Part shown: piece after piece, positions 1 to 12,333 of the stretch
Layout of the letters: each line of letters begins with the position of its first letter
How positions within the stretch are numbered: the stretch's first letter is position 1
Source of the DNA: Eledone cirrhosa
Taxonomy: Eukaryota
Reading direction: 5' to 3'
DNA length: 64,000 nt
Assembly: GCA_964016885.1 (NCBI GenBank)
Contig: OZ024740.1
Coordinates: forward strand, 402,194,001-402,258,000
Notes under the pieces: generated by a model
What the model was told of the DNA's origin: nothing
Database searches by the model: none
What the model saw: only the letters and a program-made list of their open reading frames with translations
Position numbers and translations under genes: made by a program

Positions 1-185
1 GCACATTTTTTTTTCGGGGGTATGTGTTACCCATATAAACTGTCTCCCTCTATTGGGGAAAATCGACTAACTTTTAAATTCCATCTGTGATAACATTTTA
101 CACGTTTTTATTGTATGTAAACTTCCCCCTTTGTATTTGTCCCCTTCTTTTGTGCCCCTGTGGCTAATAAAGAAATATATCTATC
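1..185 (+). mobile_element. 3' UTR end of Tx1/L1-like LINE (same family as 2248-2632)
   Basis: Closely matches 2460-2632 (GCACATTTTTT-CGGGGGTATGT...GTGCCCCTGTGGCTAATAAAGAAA). Ends in AATAAA followed by TATC repeats. Confidence 0.7.
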
Positions 186-277
186 TCTTTATCTATATCA
201 AATTTAATTTATCCTTTTACCTCACCTACTGTGGTGCCCCCTATTGAACCAGAAACTCACACACACATAAGTATATA

Positions 278-369
<92 letters not shown>

Positions 370-371
<2 letters not shown>

Positions 372-733
372 AAAGTATAGAGGTGTAACACACGAGTTAT
401 GATATATTGGTAAAAGGAAAAGAAAATGCTGATCAATTGTTCCCAGTGAAAAATAGTTTAATTAGGAATAAGTAAAAATTAGTAATAGTATTGGTTAGTA
501 TTCAGTTTTGGTTTTAAGTTTTACCGGTTGCGTATTTCTAATGCTTTTCAAAAATAATTTTGAGATAGAGCGCCCGTGATGTTTGCTCTAATCAGATTAG
601 AACAAACATCACGGGCGCTCTAAAACTTAAAACCAAAACTGAATACTAACCAATACTATTAATAAGTTTTACTTAATCCTAATTAAACTATTTTTCACTG
701 GGATCAATTTGTCAGCATTTTCTTTTCCTTTTA

Positions 734-740
<7 letters not shown>
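370..740. mobile_element. Fold-back PLE-derived element between (TA)n tracts
   Basis: Outer arms 402-523 and 621-740, inner arms 566-593 and 595-622. About 43 nt (hammerhead-like segment) is present only in the left arm. A ~32-nt unpaired tail at 370-401 resembles 10941-10960 (GAGGTGT..ACACGAGT). Confidence 0.75.
519..554 (-). ncRNA. Minimal hammerhead ribozyme-like motif, U3-A8 variant, degenerate
   Basis: Minus strand: TTT-TTGAAAA-GCAT tagaa ATAC-GCAA-CCGG-TA-AAA. GAAA is mutated to GCAA. Confidence 0.5.
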
Positions 741-765
<25 letters not shown>

Positions 766-1166
766 ACCTGTTAGTTTTTTCGTTACTTTGGTATTGTGTG
801 GTTAGGTTAGGTTTTGCCTACCACAATGTTCAATTTGTCAAGCTATTTAAACATATGTTATTATTCTAAGGACTCTTATTGAGTGCTTTTCTAACTCATT
901 CATACTTTATGTCGACTTTGCTTTCGCACAGCCAAAGCTTCGATTTTTCTAAGCTTCCACTTGTATACTGAACTTGAACTATTGGTGTTAAACTAACACA
1001 TAATCTTATATATACGTTTGTATGTAGAAGATCCCGTTAAGGATGAAAGCAGCGATTATTTGCTTAAATTTAATGTTATTTAAATAAATATTTGCTCTAC
1101 GGTTCTTATATATTAGATATATATTTGTTCTTATTGGATTTTAGTCTTCGCATTTATTATTATTAC

Positions 1167-1210
<44 letters not shown>

Positions 1211-1249
1211 CGTTTCTGAATTTGTTTAGCAAGATTCTTTATCTAAAAA

Positions 1250-1762
1250 CGTGTGTTGAAACACACAGAAATGACGCAATGTTTAGACAAATCACAGAGG
1301 CAATAAACATAAATGAACTCCAACCAAATTAAATAGAAAGCATGAATGGAATTGCAACATCACAACTTACAATTAAGGACAAAATGAAAACACACACACA
1401 CATAGAACAAACAACCAACCAGTAACATGTTAATGAACAAATAAATAAACAAATAAAAACACACACAGACACCCTGCTGTAACACATGCGCAAACTAAGC
1501 ACACAACACACACAAAAACAAGATAGCGTAGGACAGAACAAAGGAGAGGCACAAAACAAAGAGAAGAATCCTCAGTCACTGAAGAGGTCACAGAACGTGT
1601 GACGAAAGAATTTTGACAATATATGATCAACCGTCCGGTTGTGGAACCAACCAACTAACCGGAAATTTATAAATTCTTAAATTTATAAATTTAATTTATA
1701 ATAAATTGGAGTGAACATCTGGTGCGTGTGTTTCTTATTGGCAACATGACCCTCCCAAATAT

Positions 1763-1768
<6 letters not shown>
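1250..1768 (+). mobile_element. 5'-truncated Penelope-like element: GIY-YIG C-terminus plus 3' UTR
   Basis: Translates as VETHRNDAMFRQITEAININELQP/(frameshift)LNRKHEWN, homologous to the end of ORF 8004-8555 (HRNDPADRHIREASEIELRRPKLNRKNEWN). Its end ATGACCCTCCC..ATAACAAT(AT)n matches 26449-26474. Confidence 0.8.
1575..1617 (+). ncRNA. Type I hammerhead ribozyme motif (canonical core)
   Basis: GTCA-CTGAAGA-g GTCACA gaacg TGTGAC-GAAA-GAATTT-TGAC: stem I GTCA/TGAC, 6-bp stem II, CUGANGA and GAAA core. Confidence 0.75.
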
Positions 1769-1828
<60 letters not shown>

Positions 1829-1870
1829 ATCTATTTAGCTAGCTGTCTGTGTCTCTATCTATCTATCTAT

Positions 1871-2632
1871 CTTAATGTCTCTTTTTTTCAAATACCACTT
1901 TCGAAGAAGAATCAGGATGGAGAGAGCAGTGCTGTACCCGAACAAGTTTTGTGAAAGGTGGGTGAAAGTGGCGAGAATGGCCCGAGTGAATGGACCTTCT
2001 CTCTATATCAGCCTGTGGGTGAGAGAGGAGAAGAAGGAGGAGAGGAAGAGAGCATCCTCTCTTTGTGCTCCTGAGGAGGAGGGTTGCACATGTTTTCGGG
2101 GGTGTGTGCGGCCCATTGAGGACTTCGATTGTTGAATTTGATTTGCTATATGTTTTTACACGTCCTTTGAAATGTACCCCCCCCCCCCCTCTTGTATTTG
2201 TCCCAATCTTTGATGCCCTAGTGGCAAATAAATAGAAAGTTATCTATCTTAATGTCTCTTTTTTTCAAATACCACTTTGGAAGAAGAATCAGGATGGAGG
2301 GAGGGGTGCTGTACCCCACCAAGTTTTATGAAAGGTGGGTGAAAGTGGCGAGAATGGCCCGAGTGAATGGGCCTTCTCTCTATATCAGCCTATAGGTTGA
2401 GGAAAAAGAGAAAGAGAGGAAAGGGGTACAAACTCTTCGTACTCCTGGAGATGAGGGTTGCACATTTTTTTCGGGGGTATGTACTACCCATATGAACTGT
2501 CCTATTGGGGAAAATCGATTAACTTTTAATTTGCATTTGTGATAATATTTTACACGTTTTTATTGTATGTAAACTCCCCCTTTGTAATTTCCCCCTTCTT
2601 TTGTGCCCCTGTGGCTAATAAAGAAACATATA
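1871..2632 (+). mobile_element. Two tandem 5'-truncated Tx1/L1-like LINE 3' ends (1871-2240, 2248-2632)
   Basis: FFKYHFRRRIRMERAVLYPNKFCERWVKVARMARVN is homologous to the ORF2 C-terminus at 19828-20049. Each copy ends in AATAAA. TATCTTAATGTC occurs at 1868, 2245 and 2633. Confidence 0.7.
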
Positions 2633-3099
2633 TATCTTAATGTCAAGTTTAAATATGATATGCGATTATCAATATTTGCAAGAGAGAGAGTACAATTATT
2701 TTTTTTAAACAGATATTCATTACATCGCTACTCGGAATTAGAAAATCAAACTTGTTTCCTCCACTCCCTGTCTTTCCTTTTTCTCCTACGTTCATATCCT
2801 AAAGATAGCACGGTAGTCGCATTATTATCTTTATTTTTTCTAACATTTTCATTGCAATGGTTTGTTTCTTCTTCTGTTTTTCTTGTTGTCTTGTATTCCT
2901 TTTAAGAATCTGTGTGTATGAGTAGATTCACTTCAGCAAGTTCCTCAATTATGTGTCTTAATGGATTGATTAACTCGAAACCATTCTGAAAGGCTGAAAA
3001 AAATCACTCACAATAGGGCTAATGTTTCTTTTCTTATTATCCTTTCCGCCCCGATTATTCTGTATTTCTACTCGCTTCTGTGTGTTACAAACACACACA

Positions 3100-3140
<41 letters not shown>

Positions 3141-3160
3141 AACATATACACCACGACCCC

Positions 3161-3192
<32 letters not shown>

Positions 3193-3317
3193 AGTGTGTG
3201 TGTGTGAGTGTGTGTGTGTATATATATGTATGTATGTGTATATGTATACATATATACATACATATATATATATATATGTTTGTGTGTCTATATACACACA
3301 AACACACACACATACAA

Positions 3318-3351
<34 letters not shown>

Positions 3352-3808
3352 GGGTCGGAGTGTATATGGGTGTGAAAATGTTTTTATACGTGTATAAGTA
3401 TTCTGCCTATATATGTGTCATGTGTGTATGTATCATCATAAGTTTCTTACGTAAAGTAATCATTACATTTCTTAGGCCTTCTTTCCTGAGAGTTCATCAA
3501 ACCATGAAGTATCAGTTAAAACTTCCTTTAAGACGATGTGGTCACTGAATACAAGAATCTAGGAAAGGCAGAAGAAATGTAGAAAGAGCCGTTGAATATA
3601 TCACGCCCTTTCCGCTTCCGATGGATTCATACAGAATACCGATGTCCAAATAAGAAACACTGTCGTCACACCAAAATGCAATTGCTCACAAAGCATTCTA
3701 CTGCTTCTTTTTAAGTTGACTGTGGATGACGGCTAATTTTTTGCCTCGTAGCTTGGTCAGCGGAAGTCGGAGATGGAAAGCTACGAATAAAACTTATACT
3801 ATATATAC

Positions 3809-3870
<62 letters not shown>

Positions 3871-5524
3871 GTGTACATATATAAACATGTATATGTTTGT
3901 GCTTATATATATATATATATATACCTGTGTGTGTATTTTTATATTATGGAAATACGCACAGAATGCGGGAGAGTTACACATAAAGACTGGCTAGATCTTG
4001 CAGCAAGGAATAAATGGATAAATGTAGTTGAAACCCTTTAAGTAAATCTTTATTAAGAAAGAATTGTTTGCTATTGCATTTATACATTTTTTAATTCTAT
4101 TTTTGCTTTTACTTTTTTGTTTTCGTAGTCGTTCACTTATTTAGTTATTGTATACAAATATCTCATATATTTTTGTTTTTTGTGATATTTTGTGTGTTTT
4201 TTCTTCATTCGTTTCTAGAAGTGAGGAACAGGAATGGATAGTAGTTTAGAGAATGCAACAAAAAAATAATGTAGAAAATAAAAGAGCTACTTTAGCTTTT
4301 GAATAGAGTATATATGTAACATGATTTCATGATTTCGGTGAACATACCTTCGTCGATGGATGAGTTTTTAGTGAGACATACCTTCAAAACATTGTACGTG
4401 CATTGACATATTGAAAACCAATGACTTTTTTTTTCTAAAGCACAGTCTTAAAACAGATCAATGTTTGAAGGCACAAAATCACATTCATACACACACAAAC
4501 GCAATTAAATACCCACACTTATGTGTGCGAGCGTGCACGTGAAAACGCATGTCATTATATTTTATAATTTCCACTAACAACAAAGCTTCTGCGAAATAGA
4601 TACTGCAGACTGGGCGGCTAAATCATTCGAATTTCTGGCTCCATGATATTGTTCGAGTTTTATCAAATACCTCTTCGCAGTTTGTATCAAATACCTCTTC
4701 GCAGTTTGATACTGCTATAGTCAACAAAACATGAGGTACTTTCATACTGAGAACTTATGATATAATCGACTAGTTTCCTTCTACAGTAAAGTAAGTTTTT
4801 GCCTAAGTCAAATGAAGCAATATTATATACAGTTTTGTAAATCATCAGGAGATTTCTATCTCTATAGACAACAGAACACACATTTTCGGAGTTAATTAAA
4901 CTAATATAAGAGTCTATAAAAATATGCCAGTAATAAACGCTGGTAGAAACAATAAATTATATTCCTGGTTCCTTTACTCACAAAAGCTGAATATCTTGCA
5001 GAATAATGTAAAATAAACAAAGGGGTTGAAAACAAATGAAGAGGAAGAAAATAAAGGCGTTATTCAGAGAATTTTGTATAGGTCTTTTGTATGTAGAAAC
5101 TGATTAGAATCTATAACCTATTTTCAAATTTCAGTCAGAAGGATCACATACACTATCGTATATCCAAAAGTAAAATATAGTTAGACACAAAGTAAGCTTT
5201 ATTGTATTATTTTATTTTTTTTGCAATGATGAAGTTATATGTAGCAGACTTGAAAATATATTTTTGAATCTTATGTATTGTTTCTGGGGAGAAAAAGTTA
5301 CAACGCCCAAGGTAAGATATACGTCGTGAAAATACAGATGCGGGATTGGAATTAGCCATAATAGTATAAGTATAGATATAGTGATATGGTTGTAATCGAA
5401 ACCAATACTGATAATGTCATGTACATGTTAACATTCTTGTGCAAAAAGAAATCTATTTATTATATATACATATAAATATCAGTATTGATATTCAAAATAG
5501 TGTGTGTCCGACCATGCAACGCAG

Positions 5525-5571
<47 letters not shown>

Positions 5572-5610
5572 CCACACGCAGACACACATATATATATATA
5601 CATCATTATA

Positions 5611-5654
<44 letters not shown>

Positions 5655-5694
5655 AAGTGTTAACACGATCAAATTTTAGTTTAGAACATTTATT

Positions 5695-5741
5695 TGCTGA
5701 CAATTGTTTCTTCCAGAGGGAAGTCTGGTATCATCGGAGCA
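5695..5741 (-). ncRNA. Type I hammerhead motif (C4 variant), mirror copy of 7085-7131
   Basis: TGCT-CCGATGA-ta CCAGA cttccc TCTGG aa-GAAA-CAATTG-TC-AGCA. Confidence 0.7.
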
Positions 5742-7084
5742 TAAAGAATGTCGAAACATATAACTAAAATCCCAGTCATTTAGAACATTTAGGGTTACAT
5801 GATTGTTGTTAGTGTCATAGGCATCATGTGGAGAGTCAGGAGTTAAAATGATGTTCAGCTTGAAAGAACACAATTACAGGCGGCACTTTTGGAAGTGTAA
5901 TAGGTATAAGTTAAAAGCACAAGCAAAAAAAATACAAACAAAAAAGTTATAAGCATGGACAATTGGTGTACAATGCAGGAGTCAATACAGTCAATAATGC
6001 ATGTATGAGGAAAGAGTTATAATGCAGTTGAAATAAACGTATTTTGTGTGGGGTGTTAAATCATGTTACAATTGTTATAAATGTTTAAGATAGTGTGCAA
6101 TTTGTTAGAGGGGCATGTGGTGATAATGTAGGTATTTGTTATGTAAGATGTAATTCAAAGCACATGATAGAGTTGGATATGTGATTTTCATTAAAGTGTT
6201 TTTGTGTTGTAGTTCGTATGTATGTGTGTATGTTGTTTGTTACTCACAGCTATTAATCATGGGATTATTTTGAGACGTTTATAGTCAATAGGTGTTTGTT
6301 AAATGTAAATTCCACCTATTTACTGGCTATGTTGTTATTGTAGGTATATTATCTTATGCATTTTTATCTACAAATTATCTTTTATAGGGTTTGTGTTTAC
6401 CGTTCGGTTTACCAACGGCATAATGACGGTTAATACAAACCCTAGAAAAGATAATTGTTGATAAAAAATGCATAAGATAATATACCTACAATAACAACAT
6501 GGCCAGTAAATAGGTGAAATTTAAATTTAACAAATAAACACCTATTGACTATAAACGACTTAAAATAATCCCATGATTAATAGCTGTGAGTAACAAACAA
6601 CATACACACATAAATACGAACTACAACACAAAAACACTTCAATGAAAATCACATATCCAACTCTATCACGTGCTTTGAATTACACCTTACATAACAAATA
6701 CCTACATTATCACCACATGCCTCTAACAAATTCCACACTATCTTAAACATTTGTAACAATTATAACATGCTTTAACACTGCACACAAAATAGGTTTATTT
6801 CAACTGCATTATAACTCTTTCCTCATACATGCCTTATTGACTTTATTGACTCCTGCATTGTACACCAATTTTCCTTGCTTATAACTTTTTTGTCTGTATT
6901 TTTGTTTGCTTGTGCTTTTTACCTCTTACACTTCCAACCAGTGCTGCCTGTAATTGTGTTATTTCAAGCTGAACATCTTTTTAACTATTGACTCTCCACA
7001 TGATGCCTTTGACACTAACAACACTTATGTACCCTACATTTTCTAAATGACAAGGATTTTAGTTACATGTTTCGACATTCCTTA

Positions 7085-7131
7085 TGCTCCGATGATGTCA
7101 GACTTCCCTCTGGAAGAAACAATTGTCAGCA
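7085..7131 (+). ncRNA. Type I hammerhead motif (C4 variant)
   Basis: TGCT-CCGATGA-tg TCAGA cttccc TCTGG aa-GAAA-CAATTG-TC-AGCA. Palindromic stem III and GUC cleavage triplet. Confidence 0.7.
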
Positions 7132-7712
7132 AATGAATGTTCTAAACTAAAATTTGATCGTTTAAACACTTTGTATCTCGGCTCTGTAAAACACTTGAAA
7201 ATTTGCATTGAGCCTTTTATCATACCGGTAACCGGCTAAACTTAGTACTCCCCTACATATTTATAGTTGTATCAAACATTTATAAATATAAATATTCTTA
7301 TTACTATATATATATGACGGCGATCTGTTTGTTGTGTATATTTTGAAGGAAACACAGTATTTTAAGTAGCGAATTTGTTCTGTTGTTATTGTAGTTTTTA
7401 TATTACAGAAAACAGTTTCTTTCAATAACCTTTCAGCCTGACACAAGCCAATGCCATGACGGCGATGAACATGTTTTGCGAGGCTTTTGATATGAAATCG
7501 TGTGTCGGAACAAATATTGTTATTCTTGGGGAGGGTCATATTGTTGTAATGATATTGCCAGAATTAATAACAGAAGATACTCACTGTTTGGTTGTTTTGC
7601 GCTTCTGTATCTTTTACATCAGTTAATTCATTCGGTCCTCAATGTTTACCATTGACTGACCAACGGTCAAAATTACAGATATAATATAGACACAAACACA
7701 TATATATAGTCT

Positions 7713-7754
7713 AACAAAGTTCTTTCGTTGCACATCTGCAGCATCGTCAGTGGT
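7713..7754 (-). ncRNA. Hammerhead motif in PLE 3' UTR
   Basis: ACCA-CTGACGA-t GCTGCA gatg TGCAAC-GAAA-GAACTT-TGTT. Canonical core with imperfect stems. Confidence 0.6.
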
Positions 7755-8003
7755 GCTATTATGTTCCTCCTGTTGTATTGTATATTTACGCCATCTTTAT
7801 TTAATGTTTATTGATTTATTTATTTTTATCTCCTCTGCGCATGCGTTTGCGTGTCTGTATAGTGTTTGGTGTGTGTTCGCGTTTTGGTGACTGTATTTTG
7901 ATTATTGTATTCTATCTTAGTTTACTAGTGTGTGCTTATATGTGTTTGTTGTTATTGTGCTTGTGTATATATTTATTTATTTATTCATTCATTTATATTT
8001 CTC

Positions 8004-8545
8004 TTAAGTCATATTGTTTGTTTGAGTGTTGTAGTTATTCCATTCATTTTTTCTGTTTAACTTTGGCCTTCTAAGCTCTATTTCGCTTGCCTCTCTGATA
8101 TGCCTATCTGCTGGGTCATTTCTATGATTATATATTATTCTAATTTCCATGTTGTCTATGTTACCGCCATGTTGCTGTCTGGCGTGTTCGTATGGTACTG
8201 AACCGTATTTTCGTCCTTTTAGTTCCCCCCAGTTTTGGTCTATCCTTTCACCTATGCTACGAGCTGTCTCGCCTATGTATGTTGTTGTCATGTTTCTGCA
8301 AGTACCCTCTGTATACCTTATGCTATAGACTACGTTTCTAGTTTTACAGTTTATCCGGGGGTTTACATTACATATAATACATTTCCTATTAGTAAAGTGG
8401 GTTTTCTTAAAAGGGTAGGTTTTGCTGATCAGGGATTTTATGGTAGTTCCGTGCTTTTCTACCTCCTTAATTTTTAAGTGGGTCTTTCTCAGGGCCTTTC
8501 TACACTGGTTAGCTAATTTCCCAACTGATGTAAAAGATACAGAAC
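8004..8545 (-). pseudogene. PLE GIY-YIG endonuclease domain (fragment)
   Basis: KCIIC..NCKTRNVVYSI..C..TYIGETARSIGERI...REASEI...LN shows the Cys-rich linker plus the VY/YIG, R, E and N motifs of PLE endonucleases. Confidence 0.85.
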
Positions 8546-8796
8546 CGAAAACCAACCAAACAGTGAGTGTGTTCTGTTATTAATTCTGGCAATATTATTA
8601 CAACAATATGACCCTATCCTATATTTTATATATATATAGTGACGAAACATAAGTCAATTGCATGAACTAATAATCCTTTATTTACTGCTATATATATTTC
8701 GCTGATAGCCATTGAATGGCTATGACCTCAGCAGGCAGTTAGTCAGTTCTTAGATATGCCAGCTGTGTTTATACTGTTGATGGTATCAGAGCCTTG

Positions 8797-8839
<43 letters not shown>

Positions 8840-8849
8840 ACTCTTTTAT

Positions 8850-10480
8850 CCGTTCCAACCATCCGGCTGGGGCTTTGCTGGGGCCCCGCCTTTGTTGCTG
8901 ACTATTGGTTGCCCTTATGTTACCTTCCTACCCTACCGTGTGGGCTCATCCGGGATCCTGGATAGCAGAGTGTCAAGTTGTTTCTTGAAAACATCTACGT
9001 CCACACCATGCAGATCTGTCAAATTTCTTGGCAGCTGGTTGAAGGGTTGTCGGCCTCTGTAACCCAGGCCATTGCAAAATCTGCTCCTTATTCTAGATGC
9101 GAAAGACGGGAACTTTGGCACCACACATGGATGTCCTGTTCGGAAGTTGGTCCAGTTCCCAATTTCAAAGATTTCTGCTAGTCCCTCCAGGATTTTCCAT
9201 ATGTATATCAATGCATATTTCTCCCGTCTTCGTTCCAAGAAGTAGAGTTTCAGTTCCTTTAGCCTCTCCCAGTAGCTCATCTCCTTCATTGTGCAATCCA
9301 CTTAATATAGCTTCGTTGGATTGCCTCAAGCTCCGTGATTAGTTTTATACTATGGGCTGACCACATTTGGGAGCAGTAGTCTAGTCGACTTAGGACAAAT
9401 ATCCTCCATAGTACCAGCATGATCTCTATGTCTCTTGTCCGGAAAGTCCTCAATACCCAGCCACTGACTCGTCTGTACATTGTTGCCATAGTCATGATGT
9501 GTGGGAAAAAAAGATGCATCGTTGCTCATGTCTATCCCAGGTCTCGTGTCGATTTTCTTTGAGAGGGCTGCATTGGCTGCAACTGTCTGGCTTCTGTCTT
9601 TTAAGAAATCATGCATCCACTCACCTACTTTTCCAATTATGCCAAATCTTCGTAGTTTGTGACATATCATTCCGTGGTCGGCCTTGTGAGAGGCCTTCGC
9701 AAAGTCAAGATATATCACGTCTACATGTGAGCTGTCCAGCAGTTGTTTCAGCACCCAGTCGTAGTCTTGTAACAGCAGTGTAAGGCACCTTCTTCCTGGG
9801 CGAACGCCATGCTGGATGCTAGTTAGGGAGTCATTTGCTTTGAGGAACGTGATCAGTTTCTTTCTGATGATTCATTCCATGACCTTATGGATAGGGCATA
9901 TTGTGCCTTCTTTTAGCTCTCTGGGTAGGTTAACGCTAGCCAAATACCCTCTGAAGAGGATCTTCAAGTCTTGCTAGGGTACGCTTACATGTTTTTAGGA
10001 GTACTGCTGGTAATCCATAAGGTACAGCAGCTGAGTTTGTTCTAATTTCTTCTATGGTGGATCTACATACTTTATGTCTATATGGTTCATGGTCGCCATT
10101 TCTTCGTTGAGTGTTATGGCATCAAAGAACTGCTCTTGTTTTGTTATTTGCATGTGCCTCAATGGGGATGTGAACACACTTTGGTACTGTTCATTCAGTA
10201 TTACACTTATCCCTTTGACAGATTTGCATGGTGTGGACGTAGATGTTTTCAAGAAACAATGTAACTGGTTTGAGAGCTTAGTTCTTCGTCTTATGAGGAT
10301 TTTCCTGGCTCTGGGAAGAAGATTTTTGTGTGATGGCTTTTTTCTCTGGGACAAACTTATGGCGTATAGTTTGTATTGTTGTCATGAAATATTGAAAATG
10401 TGTGTTGGTGTCTTATGCCAGTTATATTGTATCTCCAGTTTTCCAGTTAGCCATGAGAAATTTTAGGCTGGATAAATTCC
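8850..10480 (-). mobile_element. Degraded, internally deleted CR1-clade LINE (RT and 3' end)
   Basis: VDVIYLDFAKASHKADH, SRLDYCSQMWS, SYWERLKELKLYFLERRR and FKKQLDTLLSRIPDEP are spread across broken frames. Confidence 0.85.
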
Positions 10481-10801
10481 CGGTGATTTTTATTGGTTAT
10501 ATATATATCCAGATCCATACTCTACTACCCCAAGTATCGAATACTCTTGTGAGTAATGGTCTAACCAGTTTCAAATTGAATCATCCTGATCTATATATAT
10601 ATATGTATATGTGTGTGTGTGTGTATAAATGTGTGAGCGTGCGTGTGTCTCTATTTTGGTTAAAAGTTAGAAACACGGAGAACAATTACACAAAGTCTTA
10701 TCAATTTCACGCTTGTGGGAAAAGGAAACAGTCATTCATTAAAAAAAGAATACATTTGGGACAGCTAGGTTGAAAGATTAAAAACACATATATATAATAT
10801 A

Positions 10802-11136
<335 letters not shown>

Positions 11137-11151
11137 ATATATATATATAGG

Positions 11152-11980
11152 GAGAAAAAAACGATTATTAGGAAGAAAAATCTTTTTTTTTCCGTTAATG
11201 TTTTCTTTTTTCTGGGTTATAAAATATTTAAAACAAATTATTTTATTTTGTGTAAAGTGTCAAAGTATTAATTAATTTATTTATTAATTAACAATAGCAT
11301 TGATATTTTTATTTATTAATTTCTTTATTTGACAATTATCAATTACCGGTTTCATCATTTTATGCATTTTCAAATTATGTGAGTGGGGGAGAAAAAATGG
11401 AATTTGTGTTTGTACAAAATGTAGAAGAGAAAATAAGGTGATGTTAAATATGTAATGGAAATGGGAAAGAAAGAATAATATTATTTACAAACATGGTTTT
11501 TCAAGACAAAATAAGGTGATGTTAAACATATTAAGGTAATGGAAAAGAAAGAATAATATTATTTACAAACATTTGCCTCCTCCAAGAATGAACATTTTGA
11601 AGCAATCTTTCCTAAAAACAATGTTTGATCTGCTTGTCTTCAAAAACCATGTTTGGGAATAATATTATTCTTTCTTTCCCATTTCCTTAACATATTTAAC
11701 ATCACCTTATATTCTCTTCTATATTTTGTACAAATTCCTTTTTTCTCCTCCACTCACATAATTTGAAAATGCATAAAATGGTGAAACCGTTAATTGATAA
11801 TTATTAAATAAATAAATTAATAAATAAATAAGTGCTATTGTTAATTAATAAATAAATAAATTAACACTTTGACACTTCACACAAAGTAAAATAATTTGTT
11901 TTAAACATCTTCTAACCCAGAAAAAAGAAAAAAGAACGGAAAAAAAAAGATTTTTCTTCCTAATAATCGTTTTTTTCTCA
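11152..11980. mobile_element. Fold-back element (about 350-bp arms) with U3-A8 hammerhead motifs at 11340-11377 (-) and 11759-11796 (+)
   Basis: 11152-~11503 is the reverse complement of ~11636-11979. The motif reads TAAT-TTGAAAA-tgCAT aaa ATG(a/g)t-GAAA-CCG(G/T)-TA-ATTG. TA flanks on both sides. Confidence 0.8.
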
Positions 11981-12047
11981 CTATATATATATATATATAT
12001 ATATATGAATACGTAAACATATATTCGGAGACGGCTTGTCAAATAAC

Positions 12048-12215
12048 TGTTTCTACTTTATGCACAAGGCCAGCAATTACCCAGCGCATTACTGGTACTT
12101 TATTTTATCGACCCCGTAAGGATGAACGGCAATGTCGACCTCGGCGGGATTTGAACTCAGATCGTAAAGGGACGTAACTATGCTGGAAAGCATGACATCC
12201 GACCCTCTACCGATA
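12048..12215 (-). mobile_element. tRNA-derived Meta-domain SINE (octopod-type)
   Basis: Minus strand reads CTGAGTTCAAATCCCGCCGAGGTCGAC..GCCGTTCATCCTTACGGGGTCGATAAAATAAAGTACCAG (B-box plus Meta-like core). About seven copies occur in the window. Confidence 0.8.
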
Positions 12216-12333
12216 ACAACACCGAATAATGGGCCGTCTCCGAATCAAGTCTATCCTCTGTTTGTGTTTGCCTTATTCCTGTTATCGATTATACAATCTT
12301 AGCAATCTACACATCATGATGTCACCTATGCCT

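Larger units (their letters stand above)
5651..7258. mobile_element. Large fold-back element (about 750-bp arms), PLE 3'-UTR-like, flanked by TA-rich tracts
   Basis: 5651-~6404 is the reverse complement of ~6426-7175, with scattered substitutions. There is an unpaired tail at 7176-7258 and a hammerhead in each arm. Confidence 0.85.
7315..8620 (-). mobile_element. 5'-truncated Penelope-like element with an inverted 3'-UTR piece at its 5' junction
   Basis: Contains the GIY-YIG ORF 8004-8555 and a 3' UTR shared with 25833-26175. 8552-8615 is the reverse complement of 7533-7596. TA flanks on both sides. Confidence 0.85.

Noticed and set aside
1020-1060. Hammerhead-like TAGAAGA-TCC..GGA-T-GAAA
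   Set aside because: The core is doubly mutated and there is no stem I or III. Similar partial motifs at 4321-4360, 14151-14183, 23782-23808 and 38765-38800 are too degenerate to call.
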